DNA from: a bacterium
Lineage (GTDB): Bacteria; Margulisbacteria; WOR-1; O2-12-FULL-45-9; XYB2-FULL-48-7
DNA: 64,000 nt
Direction of reading: 5' to 3'
NCBI GenBank assembly: GCA_043812655.1
Contig: JBDRLW010000003.1
Span: 32,001-96,000 of the forward strand
Shown here: positions 10,315-19,222 of the stretch, piece after piece
Position numbering within the stretch: position 1 is the stretch's first letter
Layout of the letters: every line of letters starts with the position of its first letter
The notes under the pieces: generated by a model
Database searches by the model: none
What the model saw: only the letters and a program-made list of their open reading frames with translations
What the model was told of the DNA's origin: nothing
Made by a program: the position numbers and the translations under genes

Positions 10315-11331
10315 TTATTTACTCCTTAAGTCAGATGGCTTGATCTCTTCATCGCAATTAATATCTTGTAATGCAATTCGGCCGATAAGCTCCATAAACC
10401 TTAAAGGCTCAAGGCCAGTCCCCGGTCGTTTAAATTCAAGATCGCTCCGCTCAATCGCTTTCCCCTTAGGTATCTTTTTTGCAGCAACGATACTTCTACG
10501 CATAATCGAGCGATCAATCATTTCTCCAGGTGCTAACACCTTATTTTTAATATTCATACTTTCCTTCATTTTAACGGCTAAGCCAACGGCCTGCTTCATT
10601 TCCTCCGGCTCAAGACATACGTGCCAATCAGGTCCTTTTTCAGCGCGGGATAAAGCAATATGCTTGGAAACAATATCGGCTCCGGCAGCTACTGCAGCCG
10701 CCGGTCCCCAAATCGCGGAGGTATGGTCAATATATCCGGCCGGGAGAGCATATTGCTCTTTAATCGCCGAAAGATAACCTAAAGAAGTATGTTCAATCTC
10801 AACCCCATGTTCACCGCTTGCCATCGTATGTTGGCCATGCAACAGTGCAAATTCCGCCTTACCTAGGGTTCTTATCCGATTTAAAGCCCATTCAACTTCA
10901 GTCACATTAGCTAATGGTAGACTAAGGAAAAAGGGCAAGCCACTATCACGAACAGCATCGATCATATCTGGGTTGGTCAAATCGGATGCATTAATATTAA
11001 AGCCTGAGCAACCAGCTTTAGCCAACGGCTCTACTAGTTTATGACTTAAAGTCGTTGCAATAAAGCCTAATCCCTTATTTTGCGCAGCTGCAATCAAGTC
11101 CCGATGCTGTTCGTCAGAAAATTCACGCCCCAAATATAGTACATAGCCAGGGTTACTCTTTACATAAAAATCCCCTGCACGGGCTAATTGAAACTCAATC
11201 GCATCTGCTCCGGTCTTAGCAACGACATCGACCATAGCCAAGGCTCTTGTAAAGTCTCCAAGATTTGCCTGACCTTCCTCTATCATAAAAAAAAGCTTAT
11301 CGGCACCTATCTGTTTGTCCCCTATTTGCAT
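10315..11331 (-). CDS. Second, divergent NeuB-family protein with SAF domain
   Basis: GADAIEFQ, GYIDHT, KGPDW, RRSIVA...KRPGTG. Confidence 0.75.
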   Translation of the reverse strand: MQIGDKQIGADKLFFMIEEGQANLGDFTRALAMVDVVAKTGADAIEFQLARAGDFYVKSNPGYVLYLGREFSDEQHRDLIAAAQNKGLGFIATTLSHKLVEPLAKAGCSGFNINASDLTNPDMIDAVRDSGLPFFLSLPLANVTEVEWALNRIRTLGKAEFALLHGQHTMASGEHGVEIEHTSLGYLSAIKEQYALPAGYIDHTSAIWGPAAAVAAGADIVSKHIALSRAEKGPDWHVCLEPEEMKQAVGLAVKMKESMNIKNKVLAPGEMIDRSIMRRSIVAAKKIPKGKAIERSDLEFKRPGTGLEPLRFMELIGRIALQDINCDEEIKPSDLRSK

Positions 11332-12455
11332 CTAACCACCTTGTTAATTACCTCAATCACCCTAGCAATATCTTTATCGCTCATTTTCGGGAACATCGGG
11401 ATGGAGAGCGCTTTTCCGTAGAAATCTTCCGCCCTGGGGCATAAACCGGAAGTATATCCCAGTTTCTGATAATAAGGTTGAAGATAAACGGGAATATAGT
11501 GGACATTAACGATGATGTCGGCCGCCCGTAATTCGTTAAAAATTCGCTGTCGGTCCTTGACTATTAAAACATACAGATGATAGGCAGATCTTGCCTGCGC
11601 AGACTCATTAATAACGGTGATCCCAGCATTATGACTAAACGCTTCATTGTATATTAAAGCAATCTCTCGACGGCGGTCGACAAATTCATCCAATTTCGCT
11701 AGCTGACTAATCCCTAAAGCGCACTGGAGATCACTCAGCCGGTAATTTAAACCCAACTCATTCATCTCATAGTACCAGACCCCGTCATTTTTTGTTAAGT
11801 ATTTGTCATCCCGTGTTATGCCATGAGACCTGAATAATTTCAATTTCTCGTATAATTCTTCATTATTAGTCAAGACCATCCCCCCCTCACCAGTCGTAAT
11901 GTGCTTTACAGCATGAAAACTCAAGATCGTCATGTCAGAATATTTACATGAGCCGATCTTACTCGCTTTGTATTCCGCCCCCAGTGCGTGCGCTGCGTCT
12001 TCGATCACAATCAAATTATTAGCCCGAGCGATGGCCCAAATCTCTTCGAGATCGCACGGATTTCCCGCAAAGTGGATAGGAATAATGGCTTTTGTTCTGG
12101 CAGTTATTTTCTTCTGTATTTCTTGAGGATCGATATTAATGGCGTCGCCCTGGACATCGGCAAAGACCGGCCGGGCACCGCAATACATAACGCAATTAGC
12201 TGAAGCAACAAACGTTATGGGGGAAGTAATGACCTCGTCACCGGCGGTGATCCCAGCCGCTAAACAAGCAATATGCAAGGCCGAAGTGCCGCTGTTAACC
12301 GCGACCCCATATTTTGCGCCGCAATATTCAGCAACTTTTGATTCGAACTCATTTACCAGGGGTCCCTGTGTGAGATTAGCCGACTTTAAAGCGGCCACGA
12401 CCGCTTCAATATCATCATCGTCAATCCACTGCGTGGCATAGGGTATCTTATCCAA
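11322..12455 (-). CDS. pseC: UDP-4-amino-4,6-dideoxy-N-acetyl-beta-L-altrosamine transaminase (DegT family)
   Basis: IPYATQWIDDDDI, LTQGP, EDAAHALG, SFHAVKHITTGEGG; next to pseB. Confidence 0.85.
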   Translation of the reverse strand: MDKIPYATQWIDDDDIEAVVAALKSANLTQGPLVNEFESKVAEYCGAKYGVAVNSGTSALHIACLAAGITAGDEVITSPITFVASANCVMYCGARPVFADVQGDAINIDPQEIQKKITARTKAIIPIHFAGNPCDLEEIWAIARANNLIVIEDAAHALGAEYKASKIGSCKYSDMTILSFHAVKHITTGEGGMVLTNNEELYEKLKLFRSHGITRDDKYLTKNDGVWYYEMNELGLNYRLSDLQCALGISQLAKLDEFVDRRREIALIYNEAFSHNAGITVINESAQARSAYHLYVLIVKDRQRIFNELRAADIIVNVHYIPVYLQPYYQKLGYTSGLCPRAEDFYGKALSIPMFPKMSDKDIARVIEVINKVVRCK

Positions 12456-12457
12456 GT

Positions 12458-13444
12458 TTAAGCCCCTATCATTTTATTGAGTTGCGGTATCGTAAGCCAT
12501 TCATTGTTCGTGTCACTACTGTAATAAAAATCCGCCTTGACCTTTTTACCCCGGGGATGATTGTTTGAGTCCCACCAGTTAAAGTCAGGTTCAATCACAA
12601 AACAATCATCAAGCTCTACCGTGTGCCTGGCGTCATCGGCCGAGATCATCACTTCGTGAAGCTTTTCACCCGCCCGGATGCCAATGAAGTTAACTTTACA
12701 ATCAGGAGCGACGGCCTTTTTAAGGTCCATTATGTTCATGCTCGGAATCTTGGGAACAAAAACCTCTCCGCCGTGCATCCTCTCAAAATTCTTCAGTACA
12801 AACCTGACCCCCAGTTCCAGTGTTATCCAAAACCGCGTCATCCGCTTATCGGTTATCGGGATAACCCCTTCTTTCATTTTCTCTCTAAAAAATGGAACCA
12901 CACTCCCCCTGCTGCCTACTACATTCCCATATCTAACAACCGCAAACCTGGTTCCTTGCAATCCCGAATATGAATTAGCGGCGGTAAATAATTTGTCAGA
13001 ACAAAGCTTTGTCGCTCCGTAAAGGTTCACTGGATTACAAGCTTTATCAGTACTTAAGGCTATGACCTTTTTCACTTTGTGCTGCAGTGCCGTTTCGATA
13101 ATGTTCATTGCTCCTAATACATTGGTTTTAATCGCTTCCGAGGGATTGTATTCCATAGAAGGGACGATCTTTAATGCGGCAGCATGAACAACATAATCAA
13201 CCCCCGACATAGCTAAAGAAAGTCGTTCTTTATCCCGCACGTCTCCAATAAAAAATCGAACATTTTTGTCTTTTTCATAACCTTGCTGCATTTCAAATTG
13301 TTTCATCTCATCGCGGCTATAAATAATTAGTTTTTTGGGCTTATATTCTTTCAATACTATTTCTATAAGTTTTTTACCGAACGAACCAGTTCCTCCTGTC
13401 ACCAGTACAACCGCACCATCAAAACAACCTTGCTTTTTATTCAT
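12458..13444 (-). CDS. pseB: UDP-N-acetylglucosamine 4,6-dehydratase (inverting)
   Basis: TGGTGSFG, SRDEMKQ, STDKACNPVNLYGATK, RYGNVVGSRGSV. Confidence 0.92.
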   Translation of the reverse strand: MNKKQGCFDGAVVLVTGGTGSFGKKLIEIVLKEYKPKKLIIYSRDEMKQFEMQQGYEKDKNVRFFIGDVRDKERLSLAMSGVDYVVHAAALKIVPSMEYNPSEAIKTNVLGAMNIIETALQHKVKKVIALSTDKACNPVNLYGATKLCSDKLFTAANSYSGLQGTRFAVVRYGNVVGSRGSVVPFFREKMKEGVIPITDKRMTRFWITLELGVRFVLKNFERMHGGEVFVPKIPSMNIMDLKKAVAPDCKVNFIGIRAGEKLHEVMISADDARHTVELDDCFVIEPDFNWWDSNNHPRGKKVKADFYYSSDTNNEWLTIPQLNKMIGA

Positions 13445-13664
13445 CTAATTTCTCAACCACCTTTTTATATGCTTTTTTTACCTTACTTGGGAGTGTCGGG
13501 TTCAACATTGCCAGTAATTCATGCCCAAGTATCCGATATTGGCCCCCGATCTTACCAGCGCGCAACACCCCCTTCTTTATTAAACGGCGGAAAGTGGAAT
13601 CGGAGATCTTGAGCAGTTTTTGTGCTTCTTCCGAAGTATAAACTTCAGCTTCTTGAAGTATCAT
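13437..13664 (-). CDS. Small Xis/MerR-like helix-turn-helix protein (HTH_17 type), first gene of the sugar operon
   Basis: YTSEEAQKLLKISDSTFRRLIKKGVLRAGKIGGQYRI. Confidence 0.8.
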   Translation of the reverse strand: MILQEAEVYTSEEAQKLLKISDSTFRRLIKKGVLRAGKIGGQYRILGHELLAMLNPTLPSKVKKAYKKVVEKLDE

Positions 13665-13670
13665 GTTGCT

Positions 13671-13699
13671 ATTATAAATAGGTATGCAAAACTTGTCAA
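13671..13699 (-). promoter_or_regulatory. Consensus sigma70 promoter, leaderless start
   Basis: Minus strand TTGACA-17 nt-TATAAT, then 6 nt to the ATG at 13664. Confidence 0.85.
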
Positions 13700-13730
13700 G
13701 AGGCTATCAATAGTAGTCAACAGTAGTCAC
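13694..13730 (-). promoter_or_regulatory. 10-bp-phased direct repeats next to the -35 box (putative operator)
   Basis: Minus strand gtgactactg ttgactacta ttgatagcct cttgaca. Confidence 0.5.
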
Positions 13731-14638
13731 TAATTGGCGGCTATCTTATGCCAATATTCTTGAATAAATAAGAAGAACACGCCAGCAAATAATCCGAGCG
13801 CCACCCCGATCATCACATTCAATTTAGTCCGTGGCCTACTCTTCGACTCTGGTTTTTCAGCTTTATCAACTACGGAAAAAGGTGGGATTTCTTTTGAAGC
13901 CTCAAGCTTGTTAGATTCCTTTTCCCGGCGCAACATAGTGTAAATAGAATTATATATCTCATAATCTCTTTGCAACCCACTTTGCCCCCCACCGAGAGGA
14001 CTCCCTACAGAAGATAGCGGAACTAATTTCAATTTATCTTCAACTACTTTTAAATCCTTCTCCACTCGTGGCAACTCCTGTTCAATATATTTAAGTTTTT
14101 TTTGAGTTTCGGTAAAATTAAGCTCATTCCAATAATACTCTATAGCACTAATAAAACCATCGGCAACATCGGCCGCCAGCTGCGGTTCATTCGCTTCAAC
14201 CTTAAGCTCTAAGATATTCCCATTCATTTTTGGCGGTTTCAGCATCCCTCTAACCGCTAAAACCAGATTTTTCCTTTTAAGTTTTGGGTTATCCCACCCT
14301 TTTATTCTTTTGGTTAGATCAAGATCGTCAAGCACCTTAGCCGCTACTACTTTACTTTTTAAAAGTTCCGTAATGTCTCCCGCTCCTCCTCCTCCTCCTC
14401 CTCCTAAATTGACACCCAGCATGCTAGCCATCCCAGCATATTGCGATAAATTCCCGCCACCGCCCGAGCGGAATAAAAGAGTCGTTTTAGCTTCATAAAC
14501 CAGCGGCTGCCTAAAGCTATAAAATAAAGCCGCAATCGCAACAAATAATGTTACAAGCGCGATCGTTTTCCATTTTTTTAATATTACTTCAAGATATTCC
14601 CGCAAGTCAATTTCGTCGTCGTAAGATTCATTTGTCAT
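13730..14638 (-). CDS. Wzz/GumC-type chain-length determinant
   Basis: DEIDLREYLEVILKKWK, N- and C-terminal TMs, VVDKAEKPESKSRP. Confidence 0.85.
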   Translation of the reverse strand: MTNESYDDEIDLREYLEVILKKWKTIALVTLFVAIAALFYSFRQPLVYEAKTTLLFRSGGGGNLSQYAGMASMLGVNLGGGGGGGAGDITELLKSKVVAAKVLDDLDLTKRIKGWDNPKLKRKNLVLAVRGMLKPPKMNGNILELKVEANEPQLAADVADGFISAIEYYWNELNFTETQKKLKYIEQELPRVEKDLKVVEDKLKLVPLSSVGSPLGGGQSGLQRDYEIYNSIYTMLRREKESNKLEASKEIPPFSVVDKAEKPESKSRPRTKLNVMIGVALGLFAGVFFLFIQEYWHKIAAN

Positions 14639-14654
14639 CGTTTAGGCCTCCTTT

Positions 14655-14785
14655 AACTTATGAACTTAGGAACTAAAGAACGAAAAAACTTAGAAACTAA
14701 GGGACTAAAGAACTTAAAGACTTAAAACCAAGGGACTAAAAAACCAAAGAACTTAAAAAACAAAAGAACCTAGGAACTTAAGAAC
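14655..14785 (+). repeat. Degenerate 8-bp tandem array (about 16 units, consensus AACTWAAG)
   Basis: aacttatg aacttagg aactaaag aacgaaaa aacttaga aactaagg gactaaag... Confidence 0.85.
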
Positions 14786-15176
14786 TGCGAGTCATGCCAT
14801 CCTTGCGAACTCTAGATGTAAAAGCTTTGAGTTGGCGGAAAATGTTTTCCGCTTTACTTAAGTACAATTTATGGTCAGCATCAATAATGTATCCATCGTC
14901 CAATGCCGCGTCCAAACAAGCCACCACTTCACCAACCGAAGTTAAAGCTGTATTGAGAAATCTGCTAAAATCAACATCCGAATATCTTTCCGATCCTTCG
15001 GCAATATTTAGTAGGATTGAGTCCATGGCTCGCCATAATTGTGAAGTTAAACAATATTGTTCTTCTTTAGGGAATTTTTTCTTGCTTAATTGTTTTAATC
15101 CAACCCTAAATTCGCGAGCATCTTTGTATACCGGAAACTCTCTAAATCTAAATACGCTTATTGTTTTTTCGTTCAT
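14778..15176 (-). CDS. Four-helix-bundle protein (23S rRNA IVP / TIGR02436-like)
   Basis: FREFPVYK, FPKEEQYCLTSQLWRAMDSILLNIAEG, FSRFLNTALTSVGEV. Confidence 0.88.
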   Translation of the reverse strand: MNEKTISVFRFREFPVYKDAREFRVGLKQLSKKKFPKEEQYCLTSQLWRAMDSILLNIAEGSERYSDVDFSRFLNTALTSVGEVVACLDAALDDGYIIDADHKLYLSKAENIFRQLKAFTSRVRKDGMTRSS

Positions 15177-15228
15177 AAGTTCATAAGTTTATCAGTTTAT
15201 AAGTTCTTCAGTCTTTCCGTTCTTCATG
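15171..15228 (-). repeat. 8-bp tandem array, inverted relative to 14655-14785
   Basis: gttcataa gttcataa gtttatca gtttataa gttcttca gtctttcc gttcttca. Confidence 0.7.
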
Positions 15229-15860
15229 ATAAAATCAATTACCCGACCAAACGAATCATCAATGAACCGTTGGTCACGGTAAGTTATTAGTTGCTTTAGC
15301 TCTGGCTGATAAACATCTTTTATGAGTTGGCAACGCTCAAGCAATATTGGCAATTTCCCCTTAAAAACATCTAAATTCGCGATAAGCTTCTCCCTATCTT
15401 CATCTATCACTACTGCCAGGTCAAAAATATCCCGGCTTTTAAACTGTTCCGCCCGATAAAATATTTTTTTGACTATTATCTCCGGCGGGGTTTCAATGTT
15501 GATTTGATAACGTCCAACCTTCATCTTTCCAATTGGCTCCTTGGTCAAATAAGGAGCGGCAATAAAATCAATAAAAACATCACCCTTTAACTTTATTTTG
15601 AGATAATTAGATTGTTCTTCCGCTCCAGCATAATCCTTGTCGCTTTCCACATGATCATTTAAACGTGGCGATAAACACGTTAAATATTGTACGTCGGTCA
15701 AAAAAATGTCTATGTCCTTACTGTAGCGGTGATGATAATAGGACATCAACGCCGTCCCTCCGCCAAACGACCATTTATTGACCGGTATTTGTGCTGATTC
15801 CAGGTAAGCAATAGCTTTCAATAAAATTTTTTCCCACTTTTCAGTTCTATTATTTAGCAT
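15192..15860 (-). CDS. AbiEii/AbiGii-family nucleotidyltransferase toxin
   Basis: FGGGTAL...HRYSKDIDIF, KSRDIFDL. Confidence 0.8.
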   Translation of the reverse strand: MLNNRTEKWEKILLKAIAYLESAQIPVNKWSFGGGTALMSYYHHRYSKDIDIFLTDVQYLTCLSPRLNDHVESDKDYAGAEEQSNYLKIKLKGDVFIDFIAAPYLTKEPIGKMKVGRYQINIETPPEIIVKKIFYRAEQFKSRDIFDLAVVIDEDREKLIANLDVFKGKLPILLERCQLIKDVYQPELKQLITYRDQRFIDDSFGRVIDFIMKNGKTEELIN

Positions 15861-16128
15861 ACTTGAAATACTCCTCGAACATAAGGTTGCGATAATATTT
15901 TCTCACGTTTTTTTTATAATAATTCAATGTTTGTAGCGCCGTCAACTTATGTTTCTTAATAAAACTCAGGATCGTGCTTAATGGTAATTCCGTAAAAAAA
16001 GCAAAGATATGGGCGTAATACTCGGCTTTCAATAAACCACTTCGAATGAGAGCGGCCGCCGTTTCCTCAGAAATCGGCTTTTTAACTGAAATATTGATAA
16101 TGGAAAACAATGAATTATCTTTTTTCAT
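15850..16128 (-). CDS. Small hypothetical protein, probable cognate antitoxin
   Basis: 92 aa, overlaps the AbiEii start; gene order of type IV TA pairs. Confidence 0.55.
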   Translation of the reverse strand: MKKDNSLFSIINISVKKPISEETAAALIRSGLLKAEYYAHIFAFFTELPLSTILSFIKKHKLTALQTLNYYKKNVRKYYRNLMFEEYFKYAK

Positions 16129-16135
16129 TTTTTCA

Positions 16136-16268
16136 GTTCCTTCGTTCTTTGGTTCTTTAGTCCTTTGGTCTGTTCTTCCTCTTCACCATTCATTATTCAC
16201 GATTCACTTAATCCTTACCATGGCTCGACAGGCTCGCCATCCCAGCCATCCCGAGCTCAGTCGAGGGA
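16136..16268. repeat. Composite repeat patch: 8-mers, 7-mers and two REP-like hairpins
   Basis: gttccttc gttctttg gttcttta gtcctttg; ttcacca ttcatta ttcacga; atggctcgacaggctcgccat; tcccgagctcagtcgaggga. Confidence 0.65.
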
Positions 16269-16285
16269 CTTACTACTTAATCTTT

Positions 16286-17119
16286 TTACTTCTTAATCAC
16301 GCTATATAACGTCAAGCCAAGCATGATCGTATTAACAAAGCCGGCAAAATCGGAAAAGTAAAAGAAATTCCCTGGGACATTAATCACATCGCCCCCTAGT
16401 ATTTCCACATCATTTTTCGAGTCCCCATCATAAATGATCCTTGAGGCATTGATATATTTTTTATCAGGTTTTCCGTTTGCCTGCCTGGCAATTGTCACCG
16501 AGCCTAAAAGAGCCTTGGGGCTTGGCCCGCCGGCAAAGCTGATATAGTCAGACAACTTTTTACCTGGCAAATATTCAAACCGTCCAACCTTGTTCACTTC
16601 CCCATAAACGGAAACGTATTTTTTTTCGCCCATAAAAACCGGTTGGGCGCTATCCCCTGTCGCGTAGATATTAACCATTCTCGGTTGGATCAGCCGAAAC
16701 GAAAAAACATATTTTTCCTTGTACCCGCTTTTTATTTTTTTATCGATCGCTTTTTTGGCTTCAACAATAGAAAGTCCAAGCAGGTTGATCGCCCCAACTT
16801 TTGGGAAATAAATTGTCCCTCCCGGTTCAATCGTAAATATCTGATCGAGAGACATTTCATCTTCTCCAATGATCAGATTAGCAGAAACTATATCGCCAGG
16901 GCCAAGCTTATAGGTATTAACATCGATCGCGTCACCAACATAATCAGAAGTTACTGGCAAGCTAGAAGCTGGATTAGCCGCCGCATAAGCCCTTTTAACA
17001 TCAGGAATTTGAAACCCCGAGTTTTTTAGATCATCCAAATTAACAGCAAAAATCGGAGAGCTCAATAAAATTATATTAATAACAAGAAAACTAGCTATAT
17101 GCTTGATGATCTTTTTCAT
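16286..17119 (-). CDS. Polysaccharide export protein, Poly_export + SLBB (Wza-like)
   Basis: Signal peptide, YKLGPGDIV, GTIYFPKVG, VYGEVNKVG, AGG, GDVINVP. Confidence 0.8.
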   Translation of the reverse strand: MKKIIKHIASFLVINIILLSSPIFAVNLDDLKNSGFQIPDVKRAYAAANPASSLPVTSDYVGDAIDVNTYKLGPGDIVSANLIIGEDEMSLDQIFTIEPGGTIYFPKVGAINLLGLSIVEAKKAIDKKIKSGYKEKYVFSFRLIQPRMVNIYATGDSAQPVFMGEKKYVSVYGEVNKVGRFEYLPGKKLSDYISFAGGPSPKALLGSVTIARQANGKPDKKYINASRIIYDGDSKNDVEILGGDVINVPGNFFYFSDFAGFVNTIMLGLTLYSVIKK

Positions 17120-17167
17120 AATCTCCCCCCCCCATTGATTTTATTTTACCAGATATTAGGCACATAT

Positions 17168-17812
17168 TTAGCCTGCCTCCTTGATCTTGTTGCGGAAAAA
17201 AGCGGCAATAGTCTTTGGTGCAGCCGGCTGTTCGCTTAGGTAACGAAGCTTTTCATCGACAACAATATCACCAGTAAATGCCAACTGCTCCAGGAACATC
17301 CGCTCGCTAAAGACCTCTCCATATTTCTTTTTGGCTATATCAGTTATTTGATCAAGCGCGAGAAAATTATTTTTTACCATGACATAAAGATCAAAATAAT
17401 CACGGTAATTACCGCGTCGGCCCAAAGCATATGCCTTGGTCGCCGCGATATCCTTGATCGATAATAACGGTAAATTTCCTGTTGTTTTCACCAATGGAAA
17501 AAGCGGTCGCCAATAATAATTCAAGAGCGTAATTTTAATATTGCCATCTAGAACTATTGTCAACTCATCAGCCGTATCGACTAGAGTGGTAAGATGATAT
17601 TGGCGCAGTCCGCCCAGAAGTTTTCTTTTAACGGCAAAGGTAATATCCTTATCACGAAAAAGGTCGAAATCGAGTGACTCACGATGTCCTATCTGCAAAG
17701 CTAAAGCCGTACCACCGGCTAGATAATAATCATGGCCTAATACTTTATTGAGCCTGGAAAAAACTGTCTTTCTTTCCGGATCAAGTATTTTCCAAAATAA
17801 TTTTTTATTCAT
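17168..17812 (-). CDS. AbiEii/AbiGii-family nucleotidyltransferase toxin
   Basis: YLAGGTALALQIGHRESLDFDLF, KAYALGRRGNYRDYFDLY. Confidence 0.85.
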   Translation of the reverse strand: MNKKLFWKILDPERKTVFSRLNKVLGHDYYLAGGTALALQIGHRESLDFDLFRDKDITFAVKRKLLGGLRQYHLTTLVDTADELTIVLDGNIKITLLNYYWRPLFPLVKTTGNLPLLSIKDIAATKAYALGRRGNYRDYFDLYVMVKNNFLALDQITDIAKKKYGEVFSERMFLEQLAFTGDIVVDEKLRYLSEQPAAPKTIAAFFRNKIKEAG

Positions 17813-17815
17813 TAT

Positions 17816-18052
17816 TTATGCAAACAAAGCCTTAGCGAAAGGCAAGATACTTTTTCGGCTGAATTGCCTGCCATGTTTTTTGGCAAAATTATAGACCGAT
17901 TTCCTTCCCAATTTCTTTGCCAAATAACGCAAATGTTCCATCCTTCCTTTTTCCAAAGCCTGGAAGAGGATCGTATCCCTGTCCTTTTCCAGGGACATTT
18001 TATCAAAATCAGCAAACCATAAAATTGACTTGAAATATAACGGCAGTCTCAT
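17816..18052 (-). CDS. Small partner protein (DUF6922-like), probable antitoxin
   Basis: LPLYFKSILWFADFDKM...ILFQALEKG; directly upstream of AbiEii. Confidence 0.65.
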   Translation of the reverse strand: MRLPLYFKSILWFADFDKMSLEKDRDTILFQALEKGRMEHLRYLAKKLGRKSVYNFAKKHGRQFSRKSILPFAKALFA

Positions 18053-18056
18053 GATA

Positions 18057-19163
18057 TTATTTTACCAGATTTTCAAGATACTTTCCAATCGCCAAACAAC
18101 TTGTCAACCCGGGACTCTCTATCCCAATCAAATTAATAAACCTTGGACAACCATTTTCTTTCTCTTCCTTGATCACAAAATCCCTAAACCCATCGTTTGG
18201 ACCTTGAAGTTTTGGCCGCATTCCCGCTGTATCTGGCGCCAGCATCGCTTCATCGACCCAAGGCAAATAGGTTTTAACCGCTTGATAAAAATCTTTCCTT
18301 TTAGCTGGATCTACATCATAATAAATTTTTTCGACATATTCAGTATCCGGCCCCAGTCTAATGTACCCATCAAGATCAAGAGTAGCATGCACTCCAAGCC
18401 CATGTCCCTGTTCATGCGGCACCGGATAAACCAGATGGTTTAATTTCCCTTTAGACCCAGTTACCCCGAAATAATCACCTTTACAATAATAGAGCCTGTA
18501 ACCAAGCTTATCAATATCAAACCCGGCTAACTGCGCCATTTTATCGGCGTTTAAACCAGCACAGTTGATCACCCATTCACTCTGAATACTTTCCCCATTC
18601 TGATCAGTTAAAACATACCCATCCCCTTGTTTCTTTATCTCTTTTGTCTCGCTTCCAAACGCGAACATAACCCCGTTCTTCTCGGCTTTTTTATTTAAGC
18701 AATCCATTAAACCATGAGAATCAATGATCCCCGTCGAACCGGAAAAAATACCGTTCAACGCAAAAACATTTGGTTCGAGAGCCAAAACATCTTCTTTTGT
18801 CAATAATCTTAGATCAGGGACCCCAACCGAAACAGCATTATTATAAATTGATTCTATTTTTTTGGCTTCAGCTTCGTTGGTTGAAATAATTATCTTGCCG
18901 CATTTTTTATGCTTCACACCATTTTCCGCACAAAACTGATATAAAAGTTTGTTACCTTGAAGACATAAAAGACTTTTCAATGAGTCTTTAGGATAATAAA
19001 TCCCAGCGTGGATAACTTCACTATTGCGGCTGCTAGTCTCTTGGCCAAAGCTATCATGCATCTCAAAAACTACGATATCGCCATCAATTTTTTGTGATAA
19101 GGCTTCGGCGATCGCAAGTCCAATAACGCCGGCTCCAATTATTGATACTTTGACATTGTCCAT
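18057..19163 (-). CDS. FAD-dependent oxidoreductase, L-2-hydroxyglutarate oxidase (LhgO) family
   Basis: IIGAGVIG, ETSSRNSEVIHAGIYY, GIESPGLTS. Confidence 0.85.
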   Translation of the reverse strand: MDNVKVSIIGAGVIGLAIAEALSQKIDGDIVVFEMHDSFGQETSSRNSEVIHAGIYYPKDSLKSLLCLQGNKLLYQFCAENGVKHKKCGKIIISTNEAEAKKIESIYNNAVSVGVPDLRLLTKEDVLALEPNVFALNGIFSGSTGIIDSHGLMDCLNKKAEKNGVMFAFGSETKEIKKQGDGYVLTDQNGESIQSEWVINCAGLNADKMAQLAGFDIDKLGYRLYYCKGDYFGVTGSKGKLNHLVYPVPHEQGHGLGVHATLDLDGYIRLGPDTEYVEKIYYDVDPAKRKDFYQAVKTYLPWVDEAMLAPDTAGMRPKLQGPNDGFRDFVIKEEKENGCPRFINLIGIESPGLTSCLAIGKYLENLVK

Positions 19164-19165
19164 AT

Positions 19166-19222
19166 TTACCCCATCTGTCCCGCCTTCGGCGGGACATCTT
19201 CCCCTTGGTAAGGGGAAGAATA
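19166..19222 (-). repeat. REP-like palindrome at the DUF559 3' end with a nested CCCGCC-GGCGGG hairpin
   Basis: Minus strand tcttccccttaccaaggggaagat gtcccgccgaaggcgggac agatggggtaa. Confidence 0.7.

Noticed and set aside
14383..14404. (CCT)n tract in wzz as a phase-variation switch
   Set aside because: A triplet repeat encoding a Gly linker; length change would not shift the frame.
14655..14785. 8-mer array as replication iterons or DnaA boxes
   Set aside because: No TTATCCACA match or rep gene, and the units are contiguous and degenerate.
14778..15176. Diversity-generating retroelement (Avd-like gene)
   Set aside because: No reverse transcriptase or template/variable repeat pair in the window.
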